A DNA stretch of 60,897 nt from Calditrichia bacterium (GTDB lineage Bacteria; Calditrichota; Calditrichia; RBG-13-44-9; J075), in NCBI GenBank assembly GCA_050633245.1, contig JBOEGD010000007.1:1-60897 (forward strand), read 5' to 3'. Below, piece after piece: positions 1-9,529 of this stretch. The notes beneath the pieces are model-generated. The model was not told the DNA's origin and ran no database searches. It saw only the letters and a program-made list of their open reading frames with translations. Both the position numbers and the translations under genes were made by a program. Positions within the stretch are counted from its first letter, which is position 1. Each line of letters begins with the position of its first letter.

Positions 1-1840
1 GTTTTCGCGCGCCCCCTTCCCTACCCCGTGCCAGCGGCAAAACAAACGTGCTGTAAACCTTCTCAAACTCCATTTCCAGATGCGACTCTAAACCGCGCGC
101 TGCCATGGTATTGGACCAATACGTATTTAATTCATCGGCTAAGCCGGAAGCGACTTTTTCTGGAGATTCCGACAGCACTTCCGGTAACAGCACGAAAACC
201 GAATCGGTATCTCCATAAAGCACGCGAAAACCCCGTTCCTCCAGATAGGTTCTGCACCCTTTTAACAACCACTGTCCGGTTGAGGTAATTGCAGACGGTA
301 AGTCGGGATGATAAAAACGACACCCGAACGATCCCATAACACCATAAAAACTATTCATAAGAATTTTTACGGCCTGAGATAAGGCTTTATCGTTTTCTTC
401 CTTTGCAACACTACGCTGTTCAAGAAGCCTGCGAATAACGTCCGGTAAAATATGTTGAGTGCGAGAGAAGCGAAATCCTTGTGGTGTTTCAAGCGTGTCC
501 TGGTCTCCCATAAGACGCGAAAACGGATCGATGCAAAACGTACGGATAATTGAGGGATACAGACTTTTAAAATCCAACACGGCAACATTCTTGTAAATCC
601 CAGGTTGCGGCTCCATTACGTAACCACCGGCAGCGTGCTCATTTCCGTGCACATCCTGCTTATCTGGCGCAACAAGTCCGCGTCGGTGAAGTAGCGGCAG
701 CATATAGTGGTCGAATGCTGCAACAGAGCGACCAATCTCCCCTGGGAGCATTCCGGATATTTGCGACCTCCGAGCGTAGAGAGGAAGTAAATCGACCGCG
801 TCAAAAATCCGTGTAACCAATCGGCAGTCCTGAATATTATAGCGAGCCAGCGCCAATTTATCCGTCTTAAAAAGACGTTCAATTTCAGCGACACGATCGG
901 TATCTGCGCCAATCAGCTTTTCCTCACCGATTAATTCATGCGCAACTGTGCTCAGCCTGAAATCCTCAAAGTTGTAAAACGATGCGCGCAATGCCTGCGG
1001 TCCATCAATTACAACACGACCCGAGACAGAGGCCTGAAAGCCTGAGAATTCATTTTTTCGCAGAGAAGCCGGGCGCTTGCTTCGCCCCAGGCTAAAATTG
1101 ATATGTAACTGTTTACAGCGTTTCTCGATCATCATCAGATCGAAACCGATAACGTTCCAGCCAATAATGAAGTCGGGGTCGGTTTTATTAAACCAGTCGA
1201 AGAAGGCCTTTATCATACTTCGTTCATCAGGCAGAAACACAATGCCTTCTTCAGGCACATCAGGTTCTTCCCCAACAATAAAAATGCTTTCCTCATTGCC
1301 GTCGGCTCCGGAAAGATGCGTAGCAATCGAATAAATTACACGATTCTTGTCGCCAGTCTCAATATCGATTGACGCGACACGAAAAAGGGGTGCTACTTCG
1401 ATCGCGCGAATTGTGGGATTCAAAAAACGAAGTAGATTGCCTTGCCGTGTAGCTTCACCGGTCGCTTCGATCATAGAAAAGATAAAGCGCTCCATCAAAA
1501 AGCGACGATCTGGTCGCACATCCGATTCGTAAGGCGGTGTGCCGGCAGCACGCAGAATATCACCAGCAGCACGCGCATTGCGGTAGGAGTTAAAATAAAG
1601 AGCATCAACCGCTTCACCACCGAAGTTCTTTAGCTCAACAGCGCGCTGATGATTCAACCCCGTTAGCTTAGGTAGTTTCGTTTTTCGCTTTACAAAAAAC
1701 ACCGGAGGCTGATCACTGAAGGTCAACTCCACAGCCCCGTGCTCAGCGGATTGACCATAATAGCGCAACAGGTGTCCATTACGTGTGTCTTCCCATTCGC
1801 TGGTAAGCAAAAAGAGCTGGCTGGTTGTTGCTTTACTCAT
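1..1840 (-). CDS. polB: DNA polymerase II (family B), 3' end cut by the window edge
   Basis: Manual translation from the ATG at 1840 (MSKATTSQLFLLTSEWED...) gives family B motifs: YESDVRPDRRFLMERFI, exo I SIDIET, exo II IIGWNVIGFD, GGYVMEPQPG, motif A LDFKSLYPS, motif B KILMNSFYG, motif C YGDTDS. It has no stop inside the window, so it is absent from the ORF track. Confidence 0.95.
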   Translation of the reverse strand, partial: MSKATTSQLFLLTSEWEDTRNGHLLRYYGQSAEHGAVELTFSDQPPVFFVKRKTKLPKLTGLNHQRAVELKNFGGEAVDALYFNSYRNARAAGDILRAAGTPPYESDVRPDRRFLMERFIFSMIEATGEATRQGNLLRFLNPTIRAIEVAPLFRVASIDIETGDKNRVIYSIATHLSGADGNEESIFIVGEEPDVPEEGIVFLPDERSMIKAFFDWFNKTDPDFIIGWNVIGFDLMMIEKRCKQLHINFSLGRSKRPASLRKNEFSGFQASVSGRVVIDGPQALRASFYNFEDFRLSTVAHELIGEEKLIGADTDRVAEIERLFKTDKLALARYNIQDCRLVTRIFDAVDLLPLYARRSQISGMLPGEIGRSVAAFDHYMLPLLHRRGLVAPDKQDVHGNEHAAGGYVMEPQPGIYKNVAVLDFKSLYPSIIRTFCIDPFSRLMGDQDTLETPQGFRFSRTQHILPDVIRRLLEQRSVAKEENDKALSQAVKILMNSFYGVMGSFGCRFYHPDLPSAITSTGQWLLKGCRTYLEERGFRVLYGDTDSVFVLLPEVLSESPEKVASGLADELNTYWSNTMAARGLESHLEMEFEKVYSTFVLPLARGREGGARK

Positions 1841-1907
1841 GTCGATAACTTAACCGAGGATGTTATGTGAATCAAGAAATCGTTCTCTTACGCAATTTCG
1901 TTGAGCG

Positions 1908-1924
1908 GTGAAAAGTGAAAAGTG
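1908..1924. repeat. GTGAAAA heptamer, about 2.5 copies
   Basis: gtgaaaa-gtgaaaa-gtg; the same unit recurs at 5234-5261. Confidence 0.6.
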
Positions 1925-2020
1925 CCGACTGCCTTTCGTTTCTCACTGCCTATTTATTCCTAAAACTAAAAGGTTCGCCCGCCGATAGTATTGTCAACAG
2001 CAAAACAAGGATGAATTGCC

Positions 2021-2926
2021 ATGTCACAGTTTAAGCCAGATCTGGATCAATATGAATATGACTTTGAGGACCTTCAGCCTTACGAGAAAAATGCCATGGC
2101 CTCGCTCGAAGCTGTCAGCTCAATGTCTCGCTGGGCACCAAGCGATTATGAGCGCTATTATCTTCCCAAATTAAGGCTCGCCGGAATTCGCAATAAACGT
2201 GATATTATTCTACAAAGCTGCGCCGACTTGCATATTCACACACGCTGGTCTGATGGCGACGAGATTGAGCGCGTTCTTGCAAAAGCACTTGAGCTCGGTC
2301 TTGATGCCATTGCGATTACCGATCACGATGAGATAGGCGGCGCATTTGTAGCAAGGCGCATTGTTCATGAACAACGTCTTCCGATAGCTGTTATTCCAGG
2401 CATCGAAGTGTCCAGTGCTGAAGGACATATTGGCGCACTCTTTGTGATGCAGCCTATCCCTTCGGGAATGAGTGCACTGGAGACTGTGCAGGCCATTCAT
2501 GATGCCGGTGGTCTTGCTGTTGCTCATCATCCCTTTACTCCACAATGGCTTGATACACTTCTGAACGTGCGTCTTAGCTGCCGGGATCTGGTGAAGATTG
2601 TTCCATTTGATGCAATAGAGTGCATTAACGCAGTGCCGGGCAGCGGAAAGCGCTACAACATGACGGCGATTGAAACCATGCACAAAGAGCATATTAATAT
2701 TGCCGTTACCGGGGGAAGCGATGCTCATTTGGCGCAATTTGTTGGCAAAGGGCGAACCTATTATGCCGGAAACGAGGGTGTTTTATCGCTACGCCAGGCG
2801 CTAATTCATGGCTTTACAATGGGATCAGAGGACTATTGGACATTTCAGGAAAAAATACAGTATTACATGCGTCTCGGTAAATCAGTTGTCCGCAATACGC
2901 TGCACAAGTTTGGGTCGGTGAACTGA
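2021..2926 (+). CDS. Stand-alone PHP-domain metallo-phosphoesterase
   Basis: PHP motifs DLHIHT..SDG, AITDHD, GIEVSS..GHI, AHHPF and GGSDAH; N-terminal extension of about 65 aa. Confidence 0.88.
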   Translation: MSQFKPDLDQYEYDFEDLQPYEKNAMASLEAVSSMSRWAPSDYERYYLPKLRLAGIRNKRDIILQSCADLHIHTRWSDGDEIERVLAKALELGLDAIAITDHDEIGGAFVARRIVHEQRLPIAVIPGIEVSSAEGHIGALFVMQPIPSGMSALETVQAIHDAGGLAVAHHPFTPQWLDTLLNVRLSCRDLVKIVPFDAIECINAVPGSGKRYNMTAIETMHKEHINIAVTGGSDAHLAQFVGKGRTYYAGNEGVLSLRQALIHGFTMGSEDYWTFQEKIQYYMRLGKSVVRNTLHKFGSVN

Positions 2927-2929
2927 TCG

Positions 2930-3065
2930 GGCACTCGGCACTCGAAAGCAGTTCTACCCGCGACTAAAGTCATGGGCTAATTCTACTGCCTTTCTGCCTT
3001 TCTGCCTTTCTGCCTTTCTGCCTTTCTGCCTTATTGCCTTTCTGCCTTATTGCCTTATTGCCTCA
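2930..3065. repeat. Compound repeat: GGCACTC x2, REP-like imperfect palindrome, and YTGCCTTW octamer x10
   Basis: Ten 8-bp units at 2986-3065 (ctgccttt x5, then ctgcctta/ttgccttt/ttgcctca variants); palindrome cccgcgact-aa-agtcatggg at about 2957-2977. Confidence 0.9.
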
Positions 3066-3124
3066 TTCCTTCGAAATTCGTAGTTTCATGCAAACATCTG
3101 ACACCGTCTAAAACGAGCTACGCC

Positions 3125-5230
3125 ATGAACAAGAATCCACTCCGTCCGATTACCAAACGTAAATTTGCCTTTCAGAGATTTGGAAGCTCCTATCATTTAA
3201 AAATCAACTCCGTAGATGATATTCTGCAATTGTTAGACTTGGATGAAGCACATTGGGTAGCGACCAATGCCCCGATTGATACCATCAACGCAGATTCTAC
3301 ATTTCTAAACCGGCTTGACAATGATTCAGACACCCGGGTAAGAGCAGCAGAGGTTAAGGATGCCATTTCATGGACGCTTTCTGTGTTAAAAAGCTACGGT
3401 GGTATACATGAGAACTCAGAGATTTTAGATCTGGCTGCCATAGATTCGTCGCATGAGGATGGCGAAACCATTCTGGAGACCTCGCAAAAGATCCTGGCTC
3501 GGCTGCATGTTGAGCAGCGCTCCAGCATTACGCTGCATCAAATTCGCAGCATTAAGCGCAAAGAGCAGGAAGGCGGGTTAGACAAGGCCGGAGTTGTGCT
3601 AAGCGGTGCGGCTTCCTCGGAAGATGAGAAGAAATTGATTAGAGACATTCTGAACACGATTGGTGGCGATACCCATCCCGGTGGGAAAACCGGCATTACC
3701 AACGATGGTCTTGAGCAATTTCTAAAAGAGGCCGAACAGCTGGAAAATTGGCGAAAGCAGGCCGATGTTTCTACTTCGGAAACGACGGACATAATGCCCT
3801 TAGGCAAGGAAACAAGTGAAGCATATGATGTTTATAGAAAACTGCACGATAAAATTGAGCAGTATTTTTCGCTCTGCAATCTAATTCGCCTAAACCCGGA
3901 GGCAGAGCGATTTATCTACGCAGATGATAAAGAGCTCAATGCATTGAATGTCTATGATAATTCCGCACTGAAACATCATCTTGAACTTTCTGCAATTAGT
4001 CCACCGAACAAAAAGGCGACGCTTGAATTTAAAGAGCCACTCAATCCGGTATATGCTGAAGACCTGCTGACATTTAAAAAGCTGGTATTCTCTACAATGA
4101 CCGATAATAAGACAAATCAAATGACGCTTACAGATTGGAAAAAAATCCAAAACACATTTAGTGCGCACGAAGAGTGGCAAACCAATTGCCCCGAGACAAA
4201 ACTGCATGTGTTAGAGCGCAATGCCGTTCAAAAATATGTGACTGATGAAGAGTTTATCAAAGGCATTCGCAAATTGATTCAGGAAAGTCACCGCACGGCG
4301 TTTGTATTGGATAATATTCGTATGGTCGAAAAATTGCTTCTTTTTCAGGCTCATCTACTTCCCTTTGTCAATAGTTTTGTCAGCTTTCCCGATCTCTATG
4401 ATTCAAAAAGCAGAGCGCTTTTCGAGATGGGAACGCTCATCATGGATGGCAGACACTTTACGCTCTGTGTGAAAGTTAACGACCGCAAACAGCATGCAGA
4501 ATACAGTTCGCGAAGTAATATGTTCGTTCTTTATGCTGAAATCAGCACGGGAACTGGTGAGAAGCTGTATGAGATTGCTGTCCCGGTAACAACCGGAAAT
4601 CGCGGAAATCTGCAAGCGAACAAATGGGGAATCTTTCAGGATTTGGATGGCATTGAGCGCCATGCACGCATTTTACAAATTGTAGAAAACCCGATTAGTC
4701 TTACCGAAGCAGTTATCGCTCCATTTCGCAGACTCGGCAGGGCAATTACATCCAAGCTCGAAGACATTACCCAGAAAGCACAAACGACGCTTGAAAAAGA
4801 CGGCGCTACCGCTCTGGTCAACGCGAAGCCGCCGGAGAAATCTGCCGAAGCCTCGGGTGGCATGCTTGCCGGCGGTGGAATAGCCATTGCCGCGCTAGGT
4901 TCATCTGTGGCATTCATTACCAAAACTCTTGCCGGTTTGGGCTGGTTGGAATTGGTTGGGGGACTTGCGGCATTACTGGCAGCGGTGATTGTTCCTGCAA
5001 CAATTGTAGCCTTCCTAAAGCTTCGTAGCAGAGATATCAGTTCTATTCTGGAAGGATCGGGTTGGGGAATTAACGCTCGTATGCGCTTGACGCGCAAGCA
5101 GGCCAAAACATTTACTCACATCCCGGCCTATCCGGCGAACTCCACCGGAATCGGTTATCGAAGCTGGTGGGTACTCCCGCTGCTTATTCTGATCGTCGCT
5201 GCGATTGCATATTGGAAAATGTATTATTGA
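3125..5230 (+). CDS. Hypothetical protein of about 701 aa, soluble N-terminal part with C-terminal membrane helices
   Basis: Long ORF. The TTG at 3050 lies inside the octamer repeat, so the ATG at 3125 (MNKNPLR) is preferred. Hydrophobic segments GGGIAIAALGSSVAFI, LVGGLAALLAAVIVPATIVAF and WWVLPLLILIVAAIAYW; one EF-hand-like loop DNDSDTRVRAAE. Confidence 0.8.
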   Translation: MNKNPLRPITKRKFAFQRFGSSYHLKINSVDDILQLLDLDEAHWVATNAPIDTINADSTFLNRLDNDSDTRVRAAEVKDAISWTLSVLKSYGGIHENSEILDLAAIDSSHEDGETILETSQKILARLHVEQRSSITLHQIRSIKRKEQEGGLDKAGVVLSGAASSEDEKKLIRDILNTIGGDTHPGGKTGITNDGLEQFLKEAEQLENWRKQADVSTSETTDIMPLGKETSEAYDVYRKLHDKIEQYFSLCNLIRLNPEAERFIYADDKELNALNVYDNSALKHHLELSAISPPNKKATLEFKEPLNPVYAEDLLTFKKLVFSTMTDNKTNQMTLTDWKKIQNTFSAHEEWQTNCPETKLHVLERNAVQKYVTDEEFIKGIRKLIQESHRTAFVLDNIRMVEKLLLFQAHLLPFVNSFVSFPDLYDSKSRALFEMGTLIMDGRHFTLCVKVNDRKQHAEYSSRSNMFVLYAEISTGTGEKLYEIAVPVTTGNRGNLQANKWGIFQDLDGIERHARILQIVENPISLTEAVIAPFRRLGRAITSKLEDITQKAQTTLEKDGATALVNAKPPEKSAEASGGMLAGGGIAIAALGSSVAFITKTLAGLGWLELVGGLAALLAAVIVPATIVAFLKLRSRDISSILEGSGWGINARMRLTRKQAKTFTHIPAYPANSTGIGYRSWWVLPLLILIVAAIAYWKMYY

Positions 5231-5233
5231 ACC

Positions 5234-5345
5234 GTGAAAAGTGAAAAGTGAAAAGTGAAAAAGGCAATTAGGCAATTAGGTAATTAGCAATGGACATAAT
5301 TATGGTAATCTCCCTTTCGCCCACTCACCCATTCTCCCGTTCATT
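5234..5345. repeat. Compound repeat: GTGAAAA x4, AGGCAATT x3, degenerate CNCCCNNT octamers
   Basis: Read directly from the sequence just after the stop at 5230. Confidence 0.85.
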
Positions 5346-5494
5346 TGTTTCTGAGTTCTAAATGTGATCTGTTTCTGTTTCCGTATACAAAATCATACAC
5401 CTGTTCAATAAATCCAGATTTTTATCTTAAAAAGCCATCTTCGCCTAGTTCACTAAATCCAATATTTTCAGCATCTTAACACCGCTCATTTTTT

Positions 5495-5509
5495 TGGCAT
5501 TCTTCTTGT
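5495..5509 (+). promoter_or_regulatory. Possible sigma54 (-24/-12) promoter
   Basis: TGGCAT-TCTTC-TTGT has the right spacing but TTGT in place of TTGC; about 50 bp upstream of the ATG at 5558. Confidence 0.4.
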
Positions 5510-5557
5510 CTTATACCTGGTGACTTGCAATTAAGCAACCAACACATGGAGATAGGT

Positions 5558-7378
5558 ATGAAGGTCCAGTTGCCAAAAAGATTCAGTGCATTTCTAATGA
5601 CCCAAAGCCTTGGTGCATTCAACGACAATCTGTTCAAGATGCTGCTACAGCTATACGTTATTCAAATTTTGGTTGGCGAACACACCGCCGGACTGATATC
5701 ACAGGCCAATCTGGTATTTACACTGCCATTTGTAATTTTTGGCCCCTGGTCGGGATACATTGCAGATCGCTTTCCAAAATCAGGTGTAATGAAAGCTGTC
5801 AAATTCGCGGAGATCGGCGTGATGCTGCTCGGAGCCATGGCATTTTACTATGGTAGCGTGAGCATGATGCTTGGCGTGTTATTTTTAATGGCAACACAAA
5901 GCACCTTTTTTGGTCCTGCCAAATATGGCTATATACCCGAGCAGTGTGAAAAGGAAGCCATTACAGCAGCCAATAGCTGGGTTGGAATGACGACCTTCCT
6001 ATCTATAATCCTTGGTACTACTGCAGGTGGTATCCTGCTTTCATTGCACGGTAATAACGCATTAGCTGTTGCTGCTTACGCAATTGCTATAGCAGTAATC
6101 GGATCGGCAAGTGCCATGCGCATTCGTCCGGTAAAAGCTATTGGTGCTCAGATTAAATTTCCGGTTAACCCTGCAAAAGCAATCGTAGCAGACCTGAAAT
6201 TTCTAAAACAGGACAAGCCGATTTATCTGGCGGCACTGGCAAACGGATATTTCTGGATGATTGGACTCATCTTCCAAACAAATATTCTGATATATGGCAA
6301 AAACCTGGTCGGTAGCACTCAGAATTCCCATATAAAACTGTCTATTTTGCCGGCGCTCATCGGCATAGGTGTCGCTGCGGGTTCAATGCTGGCCAAACGC
6401 TGGTCTGGTAAAAAGGTCGAGCTTGGGCTGGTTCCTTTGGGTGGAGTTGGGATGGCGGTATGTGGTCTGCTATTTGTCCTGACCACGTCATCGTATTTGC
6501 TGACATCGATCTTACTCTTTATAACCGGCGTGTTTGGTGGTCTCTATACAATTCCGCTAATCTCGTACATTCAGTTAAAGGCGGGATCGGCAGTTAAGGG
6601 ACGCGTTATCGCTGCTGCCGGTATGCTGAACGGTCTGTTTTTGGTTCTAGGAACTGCGTTACACCGTCTCTTGGCAGTTGAACTGGCCTTGGCACCGGAG
6701 TCGATCTTTTTCCTTATTGGATTGATGACATTTGGCGCAGTGGCAATTATCTGTAGCATTATTCCGGAGTATTTCCTGCGCTTCTGCACCTGGTTGTTAA
6801 CGCATACACTATATCGCATTCGCATTGTAGGCGAAGAGAACGTGCCGCAGAGTGGTCCGGTATTACTAGCCCCTAATCACGTATCTTACACCGACGCGCT
6901 AATGATTAGTGCTTCGTTACAACGCTTTATCCGCTTCATCATGCTAAAAAGCTTTTACGATATGCCGGTATTAAAACACTTTTTTCGGCTGGCCAAGACA
7001 ATTCCAATCGACCCGTCCGGAGGACGCACAACGATTTCAAAAAGCCTTGAGATGGCCAGGGCAGAATTACTTGAAGAGAAGGCCGTTTGTATTTTTCCGG
7101 AAGGCAAAATTAGCCGTTCCGGCGAGATGAATGAATTTCGACGTGGTTGCGAGGCAATTATAGATGGTCTCGACTGTCCGATAATCCCGGTTTATATTCA
7201 CAATCCCGATGGGAGCTTCTTTCGGATGCGTAATGGTAAATGGACATGGAAGTGGCCGCGCCGGATGCGTTTGGGAAGCCCCATCACGATTTATTACGGC
7301 AAACCCATGCCGGCATCGGCAAGCGCGATGGACATAGAAACAGCTGTTCGGGAGATGTCTCTTCTGCAAGCCGCGTAA
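5558..7378 (+). CDS. MFS (LplT-like) transporter fused to a 1-acyl-glycerol-3-phosphate acyltransferase (Aas-like, no acyl-ACP synthetase domain)
   Basis: N-terminal TQSLGAFNDNLFK and about 12 TM helices; C-terminal acyltransferase motifs NHVSYTD and IFPEG. GGAG lies just upstream of the ATG at 5558. Confidence 0.9.
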   Translation: MKVQLPKRFSAFLMTQSLGAFNDNLFKMLLQLYVIQILVGEHTAGLISQANLVFTLPFVIFGPWSGYIADRFPKSGVMKAVKFAEIGVMLLGAMAFYYGSVSMMLGVLFLMATQSTFFGPAKYGYIPEQCEKEAITAANSWVGMTTFLSIILGTTAGGILLSLHGNNALAVAAYAIAIAVIGSASAMRIRPVKAIGAQIKFPVNPAKAIVADLKFLKQDKPIYLAALANGYFWMIGLIFQTNILIYGKNLVGSTQNSHIKLSILPALIGIGVAAGSMLAKRWSGKKVELGLVPLGGVGMAVCGLLFVLTTSSYLLTSILLFITGVFGGLYTIPLISYIQLKAGSAVKGRVIAAAGMLNGLFLVLGTALHRLLAVELALAPESIFFLIGLMTFGAVAIICSIIPEYFLRFCTWLLTHTLYRIRIVGEENVPQSGPVLLAPNHVSYTDALMISASLQRFIRFIMLKSFYDMPVLKHFFRLAKTIPIDPSGGRTTISKSLEMARAELLEEKAVCIFPEGKISRSGEMNEFRRGCEAIIDGLDCPIIPVYIHNPDGSFFRMRNGKWTWKWPRRMRLGSPITIYYGKPMPASASAMDIETAVREMSLLQAA

Positions 7379-7420
7379 CCCCACTTGCTCCATACCTCCT
7401 GCAAGACCGCAAGCACCTAA

Positions 7421-7449
7421 ATCCGGATCGGTGAACCGCCGATCCGGAT
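7421..7449 (+). terminator. GC-rich hairpin, probable terminator
   Basis: atccggatcgg-tgaaccg-ccgatccggat (11-bp stem) downstream of the MFS gene. Confidence 0.5.
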
Positions 7450-7574
7450 GCGGATATTATTTACAGCTAATAATTATTGATGCGAGTCAAGATTTTTTTT
7501 CGTTAAAGCCTTATCAATCAGTCAGCGATCTCTTATATTAACTCACTACTGGTATTTAGCTTCAGGGCTCTATT

Positions 7575-9011
7575 GTGTCAAAACTGATCTTACTCATCGC
7601 AGCGACAATTTTTTTTGTACACTTATTTCTCCCTACTCCACTTCGTGCGCAGGAGAACACCTCTTATCATCCATTAGGCAAATGGACGATGATAACCAGC
7701 AAGTATGGTTATCGTAAAAACCCCTTCAACAAGAAGAAAAAGGCCCAGTTTCACAAGGGTATCGATTTGGCTATAAAAATCGGAGACCCGGTCTACGCAT
7801 GGCGCAGTGGAACAATCGCTTCAATCGGGCGCTCCAAGATATCAGGCAACATCATTAATGTTCAACATGCCGATGGTTATGTTTCCAAGTATCATCATCT
7901 GCATAAAGTGTTGGTTAGAAAAGGCGATATAGTTAATGCCGGTCAGCAAATTGCTCAGGCCGGTCGAACCGGAAAAGTAACCGGACCTCACCTGCACTTT
8001 ACGATTACCAAATCAGGCAAATATCTAAATCCCTATCCTTATCTAAGAGAATCGAAACGCGTCGAACAGCGAATCGCTCCTCCGGCGATGCCATCTACTG
8101 TTCAGAAGGAATTCCTGGTAAAAAGCTATCCGGTTGAGGGAAAGGTGTTTTTAGATGGCGAATATAAGGGGAAAACTCCGTTGAACCTGAAGCTCGCGTA
8201 CGGAGAATATTTTATTGAAGTTGAGCCGGGAGGTGGCTACGATTCGCATACCGAGCGCGTATGGATTGGGCAAGACAGTAACTCACTTTACACAGCTCGC
8301 GTCGAACGAAAAAGTAACGATGTGGTTATAGAGGACATTTCTAATAATGCTCCGGATGATGATTTTGCAGAAATTCCAATGCGCACGCGTCGCTACAGCG
8401 CATCAAGGAGTTTTACCGGATTAACAGCCAGCGCAAATTTACTGTCACCTGAAAATCAACCTTTTGCTTCCCGAATCGGCAATGCACTTGGTTTCGACGC
8501 AGGCGTAGGTGGATTTCTCGCACCATCACTGGTGCCCCGCATCGATCAGTTTCTCGATGTTCGATTTAGCATGATGCGCGGTTCATTTAATTCGGAAGAA
8601 TATTTCTTCGTATTGGATGATGGCAGCATTAACGGAGGCTCTACTCTACAACGCCTCGAAGACTTTCAGGTCTTTGCCGGATCTATCGGTTATTATCTGG
8701 CGCCACGTATAACCAGAAGCTTTTCGCTACTTGCTGGTGGCGAGCTGACGTATGGGGTGATGGAAGTGCGTAGCTATGCACAAAACGAAGCACTTATTCG
8801 CAATAGTGGCCAGCCGTTTTCTTTTGGAGAAGGAGACGTTGAACTGGTTTCTTCCAGACTCAATTACTTTGCTCCGGCATGGTCAGTCGGCGCAATCCTG
8901 TTTGTGAACGACTTCGTCGCAATACAGGGGAAATATCACCAAACGTTTAGCGCCTCAAATACAGAATGGTCTGGATTTAAAGTTGGAATAATTACTAATC
9001 TCGCTTATTAG
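7575..9011 (+). CDS. M23 metallopeptidase + PEGA domain + putative C-terminal outer-membrane beta-barrel
   Basis: Signal peptide; HKGID and GPHLHF Zn-binding motifs; PEGA-like VKSYPVEGKVFLDGEYKGKTP; amphipathic beta-strands ending ...GIITNLAY. Confidence 0.8.
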   Translation: MSKLILLIAATIFFVHLFLPTPLRAQENTSYHPLGKWTMITSKYGYRKNPFNKKKKAQFHKGIDLAIKIGDPVYAWRSGTIASIGRSKISGNIINVQHADGYVSKYHHLHKVLVRKGDIVNAGQQIAQAGRTGKVTGPHLHFTITKSGKYLNPYPYLRESKRVEQRIAPPAMPSTVQKEFLVKSYPVEGKVFLDGEYKGKTPLNLKLAYGEYFIEVEPGGGYDSHTERVWIGQDSNSLYTARVERKSNDVVIEDISNNAPDDDFAEIPMRTRRYSASRSFTGLTASANLLSPENQPFASRIGNALGFDAGVGGFLAPSLVPRIDQFLDVRFSMMRGSFNSEEYFFVLDDGSINGGSTLQRLEDFQVFAGSIGYYLAPRITRSFSLLAGGELTYGVMEVRSYAQNEALIRNSGQPFSFGEGDVELVSSRLNYFAPAWSVGAILFVNDFVAIQGKYHQTFSASNTEWSGFKVGIITNLAY

Positions 9012-9021
9012 GAACAGATTT

Positions 9022-9405
9022 ATGCGCCCTCTTATGGCTCTCGCCAGTTTTCTTTTGCTTCTGCTTTGTAGCGGATGTCTTCAGGAAGACGATCGTGCCG
9101 ACCACGTACGAACGCTGCTGTTTAATCCACAGGCACCGGAAATTCCGGAGAACCTGCAGATCTCTCAACAAGGTCAGGACTTGATCTTAACCTGGGATGC
9201 AACGAACGATGCGCGTTATTATCACGTCTATCAGTCCAACCCGGGGAACAGCGGATTTTTTCGTCATACCGTTAATTATGAGACCACCGAATCGCGAATT
9301 AGCAATATTGTATCAGGTCAGACATACTTTTTCTATACCACCTCTGTGACGCTGAGTGGCGAATTCAGCGATCCCAGCGAGACGTTGGAGATTACTGCAT
9401 TGTAG
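9022..9405 (+). CDS. Lipoprotein with a fibronectin type III domain
   Basis: Lipobox (LLCSGC); FN3 pattern PENL...LTW...YHVY...YFFYTTSV...S; starts 10 bp after the M23 gene. Confidence 0.75.
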   Translation: MRPLMALASFLLLLLCSGCLQEDDRADHVRTLLFNPQAPEIPENLQISQQGQDLILTWDATNDARYYHVYQSNPGNSGFFRHTVNYETTESRISNIVSGQTYFFYTTSVTLSGEFSDPSETLEITAL

Positions 9406-9440
9406 TAGAGACACACAATTGCGAGTCTCTACTACAATGC
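9397..9440. repeat. GTAG-type REP-like palindrome
   Basis: gcattgtagtagagac ... gtctctactacaatgc is a 16-bp perfect stem with a GTAGAGAC/GTCTCTAC core; a degenerate copy ending ggccctac follows at about 9450-9458. Confidence 0.7.
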
Positions 9441-9529
9441 GCGATTGTGCGGCCCTACAATGCAACTCCACAAACCCTTGCCTCTAACGCTCCTCCTTCC
9501 TATCTTTTAAAAAAAATATCGGGAAAAAT

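Noticed and set aside
28-1633. Short ORFs listed in the first 1.7 kb
   Set aside because: They are shadow or out-of-frame ORFs within polB.
3050-3124. N-terminal extension of the 726-aa ORF
   Set aside because: The TTG start lies inside the octamer repeat; the ATG at 3125 is more plausible.
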